64,000 nt of DNA from IMG/VR virus record IMGVR_UViG_3300032270_000355, one strand, 5' to 3'. Source of the stretch: an uncultured virus (IMG/VR IMGVR_UViG_3300032270_000355) (taxonomy: Duplodnaviria; Heunggongvirae; Uroviricota; Caudoviricetes). Positions 29,272 through 39,461 of the stretch are shown here, in pieces (position 1 is the stretch's first letter; the number at the start of each line of letters is the position of its first letter). The position numbers were made by a program, and so were the translations under genes. The notes beneath the pieces were generated by a model, which had not been told where the DNA came from, made no database searches, and saw nothing but the letters and a program-made list of their open reading frames with translations.

Positions 29272-29561
29272 TTTGTTTCTTCTATATGTTGTACCAGTAA
29301 GTCTTGAATTATCTTATGTTTGCTTGGCATGATCGAGACCACCAGTAGCTGGTTTAAGATTTCGAATATATCTGTTCGTTGCTTCCAAGTCCCTACGAAT
29401 ATACCCTTTGGATCACGCATTCCTCGTAGTTGCTCAGGTGCACTGACTATGATATAATCTGACATTGATAGTGAGGTATTGCTTGGATATTTCTTTCCCA
29501 GATCGTTTATGATCCAGTACTTTGCTTCGTTTGCATTACCTGCTATTACTAGGGTCTTCAT
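29268..29561 (-). CDS. Hypothetical protein
   Basis: Operon ORF. Confidence 0.5.
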   Translation of the reverse strand: MKTLVIAGNANEAKYWIINDLGKKYPSNTSLSMSDYIIVSAPEQLRGMRDPKGIFVGTWKQRTDIFEILNQLLVVSIMPSKHKIIQDLLVQHIEETK

Positions 29562-30126
29562 CTACGGTATAGGTATAGTTACGTTTCTTGGCGAATGCAT
29601 CAGCGTCTGCCAGTGAGCCTAATTTAAATTCGTCTTTCTCGAGTCCAAAGTGTTTTAGTACGTATGAACCTGCCGTGTCCCACTCATGCTGATGAATAGT
29701 TGCAATATCAGCACATTCACGAATAATCAACTCAGCAAATGCTTGAAGTCTTACATGAGAGATGCAGTGCTCCACTAGTGCTTCTTTGGCTATATCACTT
29801 AGTATTTTATTCATCACCAAACACCTTGTCCATCCAGCCAACGATTGCCACCATGGCCATGAGTCCAATGTCATTTCCCCAATTAAAGTACAGTATTACT
29901 GAACTACTGAGAACGACTGCGATGGCGCAACCTTGTTTGATTTTACTATGCAAGTTTATCGATGTTTTGACCATTTTGATTTAACTCTCTGTTTCTTTCT
30001 ATACGTATTCTTTCGGCTTGTAGACGTATATCTATCTGACGAATTTCCTGCTGTCGTTGTGCTCGCCTGTCCTGAATATGACGAATTTCTATCGCTTCAT
30101 GATAGGCTTTGAGTCGCTTAATTGAT

Positions 30127-30585
30127 TCAATCATGCTTGGTTAACTTACGCTTGGTGTAAGTAATCGAGTAAAGTGGATTGCTATAGTTACCCAGATGTA
30201 CGTCATGCTCATCGGCAACTTCACAGATTATTTTGTGCTCAGTTGGTAAGTGTAGACCAATGCTGGTATCGATTAGCCAACGTGGATTCGTTTCGGTTAT
30301 CACCACTGCATGTAGGTCTTCCAAGTGGTTTTCAAGTTTACCAGTCTCAGCGAAACCTATCAGTAATAATTGTTGTGGTTTATCTGGTACGTGGACTCTT
30401 AGAAGTGCATTGCAAATCACCACCTTGGAACGTATTCCATTCTGAAGTAACAATGAGTAAAGCACCTTGGAAGCAGATGTACATGCTCCAAGATACTTTT
30501 TAATTAGACCAGTTTCCTCTAACATAGTGAGGACTGATTTAATTTTTACATCGTCTTCGCTAGTGGTCAATTTGCAGTTAATCAT
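30127..30585 (-). CDS. Hypothetical protein (Cys-His-Asp arrangement, transglutaminase-like?)
   Basis: GACTSASKVL..LHAVV..LIDTS. Confidence 0.45.
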   Translation of the reverse strand: MINCKLTTSEDDVKIKSVLTMLEETGLIKKYLGACTSASKVLYSLLLQNGIRSKVVICNALLRVHVPDKPQQLLLIGFAETGKLENHLEDLHAVVITETNPRWLIDTSIGLHLPTEHKIICEVADEHDVHLGNYSNPLYSITYTKRKLTKHD

Positions 30586-30813
30586 AGCAGTTGCCTTTTA
30601 AAAATAGTGTAGTAAGCACCCATGGGCTCGATTTCATCATCGAGATTTTCGTCCATTACCTCATCTTCGGGGATGTCATAGTAGTCACGAATTATGTTAT
30701 ACTTATCTTTCAGGGCATCGGCATACTCACGATAAACTCCAAGGATGGATTCACCATCATCGGTGACCTCATGAAGAACAAACACCATTTCTTTTCCAAG
30801 GCTATCAATCATA

Positions 30814-31068
30814 TTAATTCCAATCTTTCTTGTCACCAAATCGTTCGTTGAACTCATAACCCATGAAGTAAGCACGCATCTCAGCGATAGTCATATTCTC
30901 TGGCTCAACACGATCACCATTGTACGTACCTTCAGGGTAATAGTGAGGATCTTGTGGACGATGATAGTAACTATCGGCTGAACCACGATCAAAGGGAGAG
31001 CCATGAGTGCGATCAAATATCTCACCACGGTATTCAACAGTATTTCCATCTTCAATAATTGCATTCAT
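30814..31068 (-). CDS. Hypothetical phage protein
   Basis: HGSPFDRGSADSYYHR..PHYY. Confidence 0.65.
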   Translation of the reverse strand: MNAIIEDGNTVEYRGEIFDRTHGSPFDRGSADSYYHRPQDPHYYPEGTYNGDRVEPENMTIAEMRAYFMGYEFNERFGDKKDWN

Positions 31069-31077
31069 AACAAATCC

Positions 31078-31266
31078 TTAGTCAATTTGAACATCAACAA
31101 CACGACCATCACGAACGATGTAGTAAGCACTGACACGTCCGTAACTAACACCAACGCAATTGTTGGCAGCATAGGCAGTATAGGTATTGATACCTTCCTC
31201 AGCCAATTTCACTTTCACAATCTCGAGATCACTCTCGTAATTTTCATAAATCATTTTCATTTCCAA
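31078..31266 (-). CDS. Hypothetical protein
   Basis: Operon ORF. Confidence 0.5.
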   Translation of the reverse strand: MEMKMIYENYESDLEIVKVKLAEEGINTYTAYAANNCVGVSYGRVSAYYIVRDGRVVDVQID

Positions 31267-32175
31267 TTAAGCAGTCAACATGTAAGTAGCCAGATCTTTC
31301 CAATCTTTGTTGGAAGCACGAACCTTGGCAACAGCGATAAGGGTACGCAGAGAAATTTCTTTCACTTCGTCTTTGATCTCACGAATCAAACCAAGCGCAT
31401 CAGACTTGATCTTTGCATCGTACTCAGGCAAGAACTCAGCCAAACCAGCGATGAATTCCATACGATCGATCTTTTGATCAGTGCTCATCGACAAGTCGAT
31501 CATCATTGAACGACTACGGATGGCTTGGTCAATCTTGTCTTGATCCATGTTGGAGATGAAAATCACACGACCAGTAAACTCGAAACTGCGTGGCAGATCG
31601 TCGTCCTTCATGTCAGCATTCCAAGAGATGATACGCTTGCCGTAAGAATCCAACGCACCTTTGAGCAGGTTCAACGCAACTGGATCTTTCAGCACTGCAT
31701 CACAGTCATCAAACACGATAACTGATTTCTGATTCTCGAACAAGGTACGATACAAACCCTTGGCAGTGGAGTAACCCTTAACCATGGTGAAACACTTGCG
31801 TGCATTGAGCACATCACCAACTTGGAAGTCAGCCAGATCAGAGATATCCTTGAGACCATTGGATTCAAGAGTCTTGATTACGGTATAAGTTTTGCCGAGA
31901 CCACCTTCACCAGTGATAACAGCGGATGGCTGAACACCAGAAGCAACCATGTTCACTAACTTTTCCACGAAACCGAATCGTGTATTAATGTCGAAACGAG
32001 ATTGTTTTTCAGCCACTGCAGCGATGTGCACATCCATGTCACCGACCATTTTTGTCACTTGACGCTCCACGTATTTTTTAGAATAAGACTTGATAGTCTT
32101 GGTGCCAACTTTAGCGATGTAGTTAGTTCCATCGAAGGTGATAGCTGTTACGTTTTTCATTTCACTTTTCTCCAT
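31267..32175 (-). CDS. P-loop (AAA-like) ATPase
   Basis: Walker A GEGGLGKT, Walker B IVFDDCD, FISN, AIRSRS. Confidence 0.85.
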   Translation of the reverse strand: MEKSEMKNVTAITFDGTNYIAKVGTKTIKSYSKKYVERQVTKMVGDMDVHIAAVAEKQSRFDINTRFGFVEKLVNMVASGVQPSAVITGEGGLGKTYTVIKTLESNGLKDISDLADFQVGDVLNARKCFTMVKGYSTAKGLYRTLFENQKSVIVFDDCDAVLKDPVALNLLKGALDSYGKRIISWNADMKDDDLPRSFEFTGRVIFISNMDQDKIDQAIRSRSMMIDLSMSTDQKIDRMEFIAGLAEFLPEYDAKIKSDALGLIREIKDEVKEISLRTLIAVAKVRASNKDWKDLATYMLTA

Positions 32176-32193
32176 AATTTCAACGATAGAGTA

Positions 32194-32292
32194 ATCTTAT
32201 TCCAGCCCAGCATTACCGACAACCACTTTTTTCTCCACTCGTAAGTTGTTGATTTCACAGGGATTAATTCCCCTCAATCGTTGCGGGGATTA
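32194..32292 (-). promoter_or_regulatory. Early promoter cassette: stem-loop + IHF site + sigma70 promoter
   Basis: TTGTCG-N17-TAAGAT (32222-32194); AATCAACAACTTA (32254-32242); GC-rich hairpin upstream. Confidence 0.7.
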
Positions 32293-32440
32293 GCGAATTT
32301 CACTGTGATTTGTGCGTCTTCAGCCCCTACCGCCCACACGCACTCGCTAAAAAAGTGTGAAATTTCCTCGAAAGATTCGAAAACGAAAGTATTACCCGAC
32401 TCGTCTGTGACTTCAAACATAGATTCCCCTTAAAGATTCG

Positions 32441-32494
32441 ATTATATCTCGTCTCTCCACTACAGACAATAAAAACCCCACTCTAGGTGGGGTT
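32441..32494 (-). promoter_or_regulatory. sigma70 promoter with upstream hairpin/terminator
   Basis: TTGTCT-N17-TATAAT; aacccca-ctctagg-tggggtt. Confidence 0.7.
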
Positions 32495-32906
32495 ATTTGG
32501 TCTGGCTTGCCAGCGTCTTATATCCAGCGGGATTCGGGTGGACTCCATCGGGACTCATCTGTTTCTCTGGTCTAGGTAAGACCACGTCTCCATATTCTTT
32601 CGCAATCTTCTCAATGGCTTCTTGTTGTTTCGGTTTTCTCTCCATCCCAGGACTGATCCAATATACTCGCTCAGTGCTCAATTGCGCACGCATTTTACGC
32701 AATTCAGCCTCAGTCTTCACTCCTGGATGATCGTTGGCACCAAGTGATATGATTGTGGTCTTTGTCTGCTTGGTTGATGCCATTCCAAGATAGTCTTTGT
32801 TCCACTGCCAACTATTCCATCCACCACGTGAATAACTCACGCAATCTGGACGATACATTGCAACTCCAACTGCTACTGAATCTCCAACAATCATGCAATC
32901 AATCAT
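32493..32906 (-). CDS. SGNH/GDSL hydrolase-like protein
   Basis: GDS..LGAND..DGVHP. Confidence 0.8.
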   Translation of the reverse strand: MIDCMIVGDSVAVGVAMYRPDCVSYSRGGWNSWQWNKDYLGMASTKQTKTTIISLGANDHPGVKTEAELRKMRAQLSTERVYWISPGMERKPKQQEAIEKIAKEYGDVVLPRPEKQMSPDGVHPNPAGYKTLASQTK

Positions 32907-33558
32907 ACACTCTCTCCACTTTCTCGCTTAGGTTAATGTTAAAAATTACTCGTCTCCTAGTATTAATCGGAAATCCACTAGTGTGGTATTGAAGACCATC
33001 AAACATCAGTAGACGATTGGCTTTTGGAGTTATACTGTGTTCAATGGTAAAACCACTTCTTACAAACAACGATGCAAATTGTTCTTTCTCTTCATCAGAT
33101 GCGTTAAAAGAAAGATTAAAATTTAGTGGATTCTGTTGTTGATGAAATAATCTTGTATCCCCATCACTATCATTAAGATAGAAAATTATTGATTTGTGTT
33201 CGGAGTGTGTATCAACATGAGGTAAATTATAGTTGCTTGACGTAACATCTGGAATTGATAGTGTCATCACGCATCTGATTCTAGTTAAATTATCTTCAGT
33301 ATATCCTAGTTTATGCAACATGTACATGAAGTATGGTTTCAGGTGGATATATTCATCCGAAATGATTTTCTTACCATTATCATAAAGCGCAGCAGCAAAA
33401 GCATCAATTTCTTTTGCCAATGGATCATCAATCTGTAACCAAGATGGCGCAGATATCGCTGGCATATAATGCACAGGGAAACGTGGTCCAAGAACAAATT
33501 CTTGTAACTCTTTGAACTGTTCTTCTGGAAAGAAATTATCAATTACTTGCATATGCAT
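32899..33558 (-). CDS. 2OG-Fe(II) oxygenase
   Basis: PHVD..FYLNDSDGDT..PKANRLLMFDG..H..RRVIFN. Confidence 0.85.
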   Translation of the reverse strand: MHMQVIDNFFPEEQFKELQEFVLGPRFPVHYMPAISAPSWLQIDDPLAKEIDAFAAALYDNGKKIISDEYIHLKPYFMYMLHKLGYTEDNLTRIRCVMTLSIPDVTSSNYNLPHVDTHSEHKSIIFYLNDSDGDTRLFHQQQNPLNFNLSFNASDEEKEQFASLFVRSGFTIEHSITPKANRLLMFDGLQYHTSGFPINTRRRVIFNINLSEKVERVYD

Positions 33559-34129
33559 CTATAACAAAGTTTATGACTCTTCTGTCTTTACTGTATACTG
33601 GACTGGATGACGCATGCATTCTGTTTGATTCGAATATCACGCATCTGTTTTTCTTTGGTGCTACTCTTTTAGCGATGGTGAGTTTATCTGGATTCTTTCC
33701 ATCGTAGAATTCATTGAACAAGAATGTATCTCCATCACTGTCATTACAATAGTAAACAATACTGTATGCATTGCTAACAGCATCATGATGTGGTGTGTTA
33801 TAATTCGATGGAGTCGATTCTGGATTTCGAACTAGAATATTATATTTTACACGCACCTCATGATTAAATTTAATCTCAGCAACTTTCTGTTTAATCATAT
33901 AAAGAAGTGGGGAGATTAAATCGTAGCAGGTTTCTTTATATTCATTCAAGATAAAAAGAGGTGCTGATAGTTGTCCTATATCTTTAACATTTTCGTCTGT
34001 GTATATGTCTGGAAATTGATCTGTTGGATAACTCGTAGTCTCCATGTAGTGAAACTTTAACCAGTATGGAAGATTTTCTAAACTGTTGCTATACTGTTCA
34101 TCCATTACATCATCTAGTACTAGTATCAT
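33539..34129 (-). CDS. 2OG-Fe(II) oxygenase
   Basis: PHHD..YYCNDSDGDT..PKKNR..HASSSP..RRVINF. Confidence 0.85.
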   Translation of the reverse strand: MILVLDDVMDEQYSNSLENLPYWLKFHYMETTSYPTDQFPDIYTDENVKDIGQLSAPLFILNEYKETCYDLISPLLYMIKQKVAEIKFNHEVRVKYNILVRNPESTPSNYNTPHHDAVSNAYSIVYYCNDSDGDTFLFNEFYDGKNPDKLTIAKRVAPKKNRCVIFESNRMHASSSPVYSKDRRVINFVIDAYASN

Positions 34130-34776
34130 GTTAACTCTCTGTAGTTCTTTCCATCTATCTGTTTGTACAATTCTTCTTTGATAATATCGAATGATATTGT
34201 TATTCTTGGTTGTGGGGATATATTATAATCAGTCCAATGAACTACGAATGATGGAAACATAATCATCTCTGTATTGACATTTGGGATTGGTAGGACATCT
34301 CGATCTAAAAATGGATTACGAAAATATGTATGAGTGTTATGTGTTTCTACACATAAATTGCCAGACAAGTAAGAGTAGAATTGTGGTACATTACCACCTG
34401 CATGGCCATCGGCATGGTGGTGTGGAACAATGCATCGCTTTGGATCATTTAGAATATTTGCCCAACATTGTATGTATGTTTTTTCTGGCTCTCTTCCAAT
34501 ATCTTTCATTAAAGAAATATATTGTTCTCGTATAAATTCTTTCAGTTGTTTGATCTCTGGATAGTCCCAATCAAGAAGATTGTACTTCCAAAGTTTGGAT
34601 GTTAACCAATTTTTGTTATCACCTTCCTCTGGAAATTGTTTTAGTATCTTCGAACCTTCTTTAAGAACAATATTAGCAAGAACCTCATTCTGTATTTTAC
34701 ATTTTGATCTATGATACGAAAATGAGAAATCAGGAGTGAATATGGACTGACTTTTAAATACAAAAGTTTCTATCAT
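34126..34776 (-). CDS. 2OG-Fe(II) oxygenase
   Basis: QCWANI..HHH..LSGN..FPSFVVHWT..RITISFD. Confidence 0.8.
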   Translation of the reverse strand: MIETFVFKSQSIFTPDFSFSYHRSKCKIQNEVLANIVLKEGSKILKQFPEEGDNKNWLTSKLWKYNLLDWDYPEIKQLKEFIREQYISLMKDIGREPEKTYIQCWANILNDPKRCIVPHHHADGHAGGNVPQFYSYLSGNLCVETHNTHTYFRNPFLDRDVLPIPNVNTEMIMFPSFVVHWTDYNISPQPRITISFDIIKEELYKQIDGKNYRELT

Positions 34777-34970
34777 CCACCACGACCTGCTGCACGTTTA
34801 ACAGGTTTATTGGCAATATTATTAACTGCACCTTTAACTGCTCTGTTCGCCTCACTTTTACTGAATCCTTTAGACTCAAGTTGTTTTCTGGCTTTTTTCT
34901 TCGCACGTTTCAGCAGTTTCTCTGCATGCCATTTATCAGCGAATGTCATTGGTTTAATTTCTTCTGTCAT
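34773..34970 (-). CDS. Small basic hypothetical protein
   Basis: Lys/Arg-rich, ends KRAAGRGG. Confidence 0.55.
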   Translation of the reverse strand: MTEEIKPMTFADKWHAEKLLKRAKKKARKQLESKGFSKSEANRAVKGAVNNIANKPVKRAAGRGG

Positions 34971-35695
34971 AGTTTTCTCGCTCTGAATACTACTGCATAA
35001 CGCATTTGTTGCGCCCATGGAGCAGTTGGTTTGGTTGTATGTAACGCTCTTCCATCATATATGACCACACGTCCTGCGACTGGTGGAACTATTGCATATG
35101 GATAACCAACATTGAATTCTCTGGATTGTCCGAATCCTCTTTGGAACTGTTGTTTGTCACCAGTGCTCTCGTCATCTGCATAGAATACATTCTCTGCCAT
35201 CCAAGTTGGATACCATTGCAGATTAGCCATATACAGTATAGTATAGTGTTTTTCTTGTTGCAGGTCAATTGTATCTCTATGTATTGCATGAGATCGTTTG
35301 ATTGTCTCAGATGGCTGTGCGTTCACATAGCATAGTGAGTATGCATTCGGTCTCAACTTTGGATCAGCCATTCCTTCTGTATCACCATCGATAACAAACT
35401 GGTTACCAAAGTTAGAATTGATAATGTTCCACAACTCTTGGATGACTGGATGTCCTTCACCACGTAGTCCAAATACGCAACGATGCATGTACTGATTGTT
35501 CAGTGATGGAACACTCTCATCCATGTATTCTTTTTTGTTGTCTATTGGTTTGTAGTAGATCACAGAACCAACGTCTGGATAACTGACATCCTTGCGAGTA
35601 GCATGGAAGGTTTGATTTTGTATGTATTCCCAGACTCGCCAACGAAGATCATCTGGTATTAAATCATCATATGCTTCAACTGAATATGTTTTCAT
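34967..35695 (-). CDS. 2OG-Fe(II) oxygenase
   Basis: IHRD..GRVVIYDG..LH..RYAVVFR. Confidence 0.8.
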   Translation of the reverse strand: MKTYSVEAYDDLIPDDLRWRVWEYIQNQTFHATRKDVSYPDVGSVIYYKPIDNKKEYMDESVPSLNNQYMHRCVFGLRGEGHPVIQELWNIINSNFGNQFVIDGDTEGMADPKLRPNAYSLCYVNAQPSETIKRSHAIHRDTIDLQQEKHYTILYMANLQWYPTWMAENVFYADDESTGDKQQFQRGFGQSREFNVGYPYAIVPPVAGRVVIYDGRALHTTKPTAPWAQQMRYAVVFRARKL

Positions 35696-36816
35696 AACGA
35701 TCTCTCAGGGAAATAATCTTTTAGTGTTCCTTCTCTACTTATGTCTGAAGTAATACAGTGAAGTCCGCCATCCCAGAAGTAACGATGTCTGAAGTTAACA
35801 AGGTGAGGAGTGATACCACGCTTACTAAATGCATTGAATACTTCATCGCTATAACCAGAGCATGCAACATTCTTTTCATCAATAACAAGCATGTTGACAT
35901 CGAACATACTTTCTTCTACGTAGCCAACCCAATGACTAAGCCATGATTCTACAAACTCTGTAAACTCATCATTTAATTCTTCTCCTGGAACCCACCACTT
36001 GCCTCTGTTCTTATTCTTTAACTCCAGAAATGGTTTCACTTTATTCCATCCTTGGTCTTTGAGATAGATCACTTCCCAATCAGGGAATGTATCTTTGTAT
36101 GTTGGTATGTCGCAGAGACTAACGATAAGTCCAGGAACAACAGGACAGAATGTTCCATCAGAATGTCCTTCAGTGTCAATAACATGACAGCGATAATCTG
36201 GAAATTGCTCTTGATAGTTTTGTTTTAATATGTCAAGTGCTTGTCCTTTAAATCGATCAAGTACTTTACTACCTGCACTCCACCATCCAACAGATGTACC
36301 AAAATATAAATCTTTTCCAATACGTGTTGTTGTTGCTGAATTAAAACAATGAAGTAATGCTGGGTCTTTCGGTGGATTAACAACTTTAATATTATTAACT
36401 ATCTGGTTACCCTGCTGATTAATATGAATTAGAGCATCATCCCACATGATATCTGTAGCACCAAAGTAATTTTTATTAAATCCATCTTCATGCATTGATT
36501 GGATAAATTGTGATTTAAAATAGAACTTATCACCAAGCATGATTGTATAATCTCTTGGGCACATTGGTGGTGGTTGAATCTTACCATTGTGCATATATGA
36601 TCTATAATTATCACTCAGTTTTGGTCGAATAACTTTGACACCAAATTTCTCTAACAAATGTATCAGTGATTGATAATCCTCTTCAGTCTCTTCAGCAATG
36701 CGTTCCATCACTGTTCGTACTCGAGGATTTTTGATGAATGAATAGAATTGTGGCGAGTAGGATCTGCCAACCAAACAGCTGCGCAGTGGATCCCAATGTT
36801 GATACACAGAGTACAT
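35692..36816 (-). CDS. Amidinotransferase (glycine/inosamine amidinotransferase-like)
   Basis: WDPLRSCLVG..GVKVIRP..CPRD..HSDG..FDVNML..GGLHCIT. Confidence 0.88.
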   Translation of the reverse strand: MYSVYQHWDPLRSCLVGRSYSPQFYSFIKNPRVRTVMERIAEETEEDYQSLIHLLEKFGVKVIRPKLSDNYRSYMHNGKIQPPPMCPRDYTIMLGDKFYFKSQFIQSMHEDGFNKNYFGATDIMWDDALIHINQQGNQIVNNIKVVNPPKDPALLHCFNSATTTRIGKDLYFGTSVGWWSAGSKVLDRFKGQALDILKQNYQEQFPDYRCHVIDTEGHSDGTFCPVVPGLIVSLCDIPTYKDTFPDWEVIYLKDQGWNKVKPFLELKNKNRGKWWVPGEELNDEFTEFVESWLSHWVGYVEESMFDVNMLVIDEKNVACSGYSDEVFNAFSKRGITPHLVNFRHRYFWDGGLHCITSDISREGTLKDYFPERSL

Positions 36817-37235
36817 TATAATTTTCCCAGTTCTTCGTAACCATCTATTTGTTTATACTTTGCAACTTCACCAAGATAAAGATATTTGTATCCTCTTCCT
36901 TTATAGATAGCACATGCGTTTTTCAAACTCTCTATTCCAAGTTTAAGATCTGGATTTTTATAGTCCCATGCAAACTCAATCGTTTCAGCGTTATCCCTAT
37001 CATGCAATCGAATCATATCCCATGCGACAAACTTTCCACTATCATAGTAACATATCATTTCAATATTAGCATCAGTATACTGACTATCGAATATTCGCCA
37101 CACACTACCAAAATTCTTGTGGGCGCAATATTCTTTGTATATTCTATTATACTCAGCAATCGATTCACTATGCAGGTACCACTCTGTAGTGGAAGTGTAG
37201 TTAGTTTTATCTAAATCAATTCTACAAAATTTCAT
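36816..37235 (-). CDS. Arginyl/leucyl-tRNA-protein transferase C-terminal (ATE_C)-like GNAT
   Basis: FAWDY..LKLGIESL..GYKYLYLG..YK matches the ATE_C pattern; no N-terminal domain. Confidence 0.65.
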   Translation of the reverse strand: MKFCRIDLDKTNYTSTTEWYLHSESIAEYNRIYKEYCAHKNFGSVWRIFDSQYTDANIEMICYYDSGKFVAWDMIRLHDRDNAETIEFAWDYKNPDLKLGIESLKNACAIYKGRGYKYLYLGEVAKYKQIDGYEELGKL

Positions 37236-37705
37236 CGCCAGTTAACCACTTCATTTAAATCTTCGGTACTCCAGAGTTTGTAATATCCTTTACTCTTTAA
37301 CTGATCTGATGCGATCTTCAGCGCATCTCGTTTTTGTATCAGTAGTAAGGCACATTCTCCAAAATTCATCGTCACACCATTGATAATTTCTACTGCATCT
37401 GGGTGATCTTCAAGCACTACATAATTTTTTGGTATCAATTCTGTATTAAGGTTTTTAGCATAACTGTTAAATTGAGAAGCAGTTATCTTAGTATGATCAT
37501 AACAAATAACTAAAACATCATACGTATCTAAGAGAGAGACAATCTTGTAAATATTTGGTACTTCAAAATCGATATAGATCTTTTTATCTAACCTAGCCTT
37601 GCGTGCATATGGACATGGAGACCAATTGTCTAATAATGAATTTGGTTTTTCTAAGAAAGACTCTATCCATTTATACAATGCAGTAGTTATGTACTCTTTA
37701 TTCAT
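37232..37705 (-). CDS. Hypothetical protein (DUF1415-like CP[FY]A motif)
   Basis: PCPYARKA..DHPD..L..KGYY. Confidence 0.55.
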   Translation of the reverse strand: MNKEYITTALYKWIESFLEKPNSLLDNWSPCPYARKARLDKKIYIDFEVPNIYKIVSLLDTYDVLVICYDHTKITASQFNSYAKNLNTELIPKNYVVLEDHPDAVEIINGVTMNFGECALLLIQKRDALKIASDQLKSKGYYKLWSTEDLNEVVNWR

Positions 37706-37711
37706 ATAAAA

Positions 37712-38347
37712 TCAAATCGGTATCCAGTGATTCGGATTGCGATATGCACCAACATCAAACAATTTCTCTGCTGGTACTATGTCAAATGCTATTGTTATTC
37801 TTGGTCGGTCTTCAGTCCACTCAGAAGATTTATGTTGGTCATTTCCACTTCTGCTAATAACAATAAGATTATCTTGGCTTGGTACTGTAATAACTTTATT
37901 ATCATGTAGAAATTTATACTGTGTGTAAGAGTTTGGTTCAACATCTAAACAATAGAAACCATGCCATGAATCTGCTTTGGTTTCCCAGTGTCCATGCCAA
38001 TCAATGAAGTCACCTTTGTAATAAAAGTTCAACCAACATTGTATAAAGTAATCATCATACGAATCGGTGTTTACTTCACGAAAAACTTTTTGGATGGATC
38101 TGTAAAGATTATGTATACCTGGAAGTGGGTACATTAGATAATTATATCTATCAAACAATTTTGTAGAGAGTGTTACTTGCCCACTGTATGTTACATCCAA
38201 TGGATCTCTTTCTGTACCAAAAATTGTCGTTGGTGTTAGTTCAAATGTTTTCCCGATGTATGAATGCATGTAGTGTGCAGTTTTTCTTTGCACTTCTAAA
38301 TTCAAATCAAGAGTCTCTGTGTATAAAAAGTTTTCTATTATATTCAT
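37712..38347 (-). CDS. 2OG-Fe(II) oxygenase-like protein
   Basis: QCWLN..DWHGH..HGFY..H..RITIAFD. Confidence 0.75.
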   Translation of the reverse strand: MNIIENFLYTETLDLNLEVQRKTAHYMHSYIGKTFELTPTTIFGTERDPLDVTYSGQVTLSTKLFDRYNYLMYPLPGIHNLYRSIQKVFREVNTDSYDDYFIQCWLNFYYKGDFIDWHGHWETKADSWHGFYCLDVEPNSYTQYKFLHDNKVITVPSQDNLIVISRSGNDQHKSSEWTEDRPRITIAFDIVPAEKLFDVGAYRNPNHWIPI

Positions 38348-38349
38348 AG

Positions 38350-38532
38350 TTACCAATGTCTGATTACACCTGCTATAATAAAGATATTCGCAATGATGTA
38401 AATAGCAACAATGCAAATACGAATATAGGCAACACGATCAGCTTCCTCATCTGTGTTGCCTACTTTTTCTCCGAGTGCTTTGGCTAAAAGCACGAACCAT
38501 GTACTGCGTTTATTTTTCTTTGGAAATAACAT
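38350..38532 (-). CDS. Small membrane protein
   Basis: AKALGEK..EADRVA..R..N.FIIAGVIRHW. Confidence 0.6.
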   Translation of the reverse strand: MLFPKKNKRSTWFVLLAKALGEKVGNTDEEADRVAYIRICIVAIYIIANIFIIAGVIRHW

Positions 38533-38545
38533 ACTCTATTCAATT

Positions 38546-38621
38546 TGGTGCCCTCAGTCGGTTTCGAACTGACCACCTTCTGATTACTAAACAGATGCTC
38601 TACCAAATGAGCTATGAGGGC
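38546..38621 (-). tRNA. tRNA-Thr(AGT)
   Basis: Cloverleaf, loop TT-AGT-AA, encoded CCA. Confidence 0.85.
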
Positions 38622-38643
38622 GATATAACTACTTATGTGCTCT

Positions 38644-38718
38644 TGGAGCAGGATATCGGATTCGAACCGATGACATTCACGTTGGCAACGTGACATTCTA
38701 CCACTGAATTAATCCTGC
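38644..38718 (-). tRNA. tRNA-Gly(GCC)
   Basis: Cloverleaf, CCA. Confidence 0.92.
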
Positions 38719-38719
38719 A

Positions 38720-39193
38720 CTATGCAGCCATGTACGACTTATATCTATCTGCAGCATATGAAGCAGCAAATGCTCTTGGCTTTACCATTGGTACTACGTT
38801 ACACATACCTTTGATATAACCGACTGCTTCATTAATAACACAAGAAGAACCATGCATTTCATTCGGGTTGATGTCCAAATGAACTTGCACTTCACGATCT
38901 TCTAATACATCATGCAACTTTAGATACAACTCTGCAATTTTATAAACTTCGTTCATTAAACGCATACGTGGCTTGTCTCGTTTCTTATCCCAGTCACGTT
39001 CACGTTGTACTTCACCAAAAATCTTACAGCCATTGTTTCCATTGATATGAACAACAACAACCATAATGTAATCTGCGTACCAATCTTTTCCTATTAAGAA
39101 TCGTTCAGAGTCACCACCAATATAGATCTTGGTTTCTGGAGTCTGTGCCAAGATGAAATCTCTAACTTCATCTATGTTGATTGCTTTACGCAT
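38720..39193 (-). CDS. RNase H-like YkuK (DUF458) protein inside the tRNA array
   Basis: IYIGGDS..RLMNEV..VHLDIN..KPRAFAASYAAD. Confidence 0.8.
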   Translation of the reverse strand: MRKAINIDEVRDFILAQTPETKIYIGGDSERFLIGKDWYADYIMVVVVHINGNNGCKIFGEVQRERDWDKKRDKPRMRLMNEVYKIAELYLKLHDVLEDREVQVHLDINPNEMHGSSCVINEAVGYIKGMCNVVPMVKPRAFAASYAADRYKSYMAA

Positions 39194-39227
39194 AACTACC
39201 TCTTTTCTTCTTACCTCATTAAAAATT

Positions 39228-39301
39228 TGGAGCAGAGTGAGAGAATCGAACTCTCAACCGAAGATTGGAAATCTGCTGTTTTACCATTAAACTAACCCTG
39301 C
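39228..39301 (-). tRNA. tRNA-Gly(TCC)
   Basis: Cloverleaf, CCA. Confidence 0.9.
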
Positions 39302-39308
39302 AAAAACT

Positions 39309-39382
39309 TGGCATCCCGATAGGGACTCGAACCCCAACCAACAGTTTTGGAGACTGCTATGCTGCCATTACACCATCGAGAT
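39309..39382 (-). tRNA. tRNA-Trp(CCA)
   Basis: Cloverleaf, CCA. Confidence 0.9.
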
Positions 39383-39386
39383 ACAT

Positions 39387-39461
39387 TGGTGGTGATGAGT
39401 GGATTCGAGCCACTGACCTACTCCGTATGAAGGAGTTGCACTACCGCTGTGCTACATCACC
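39387..39461 (-). tRNA. tRNA-Met(CAT), probably elongator
   Basis: Cloverleaf, paired G1-C72. Confidence 0.85.
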
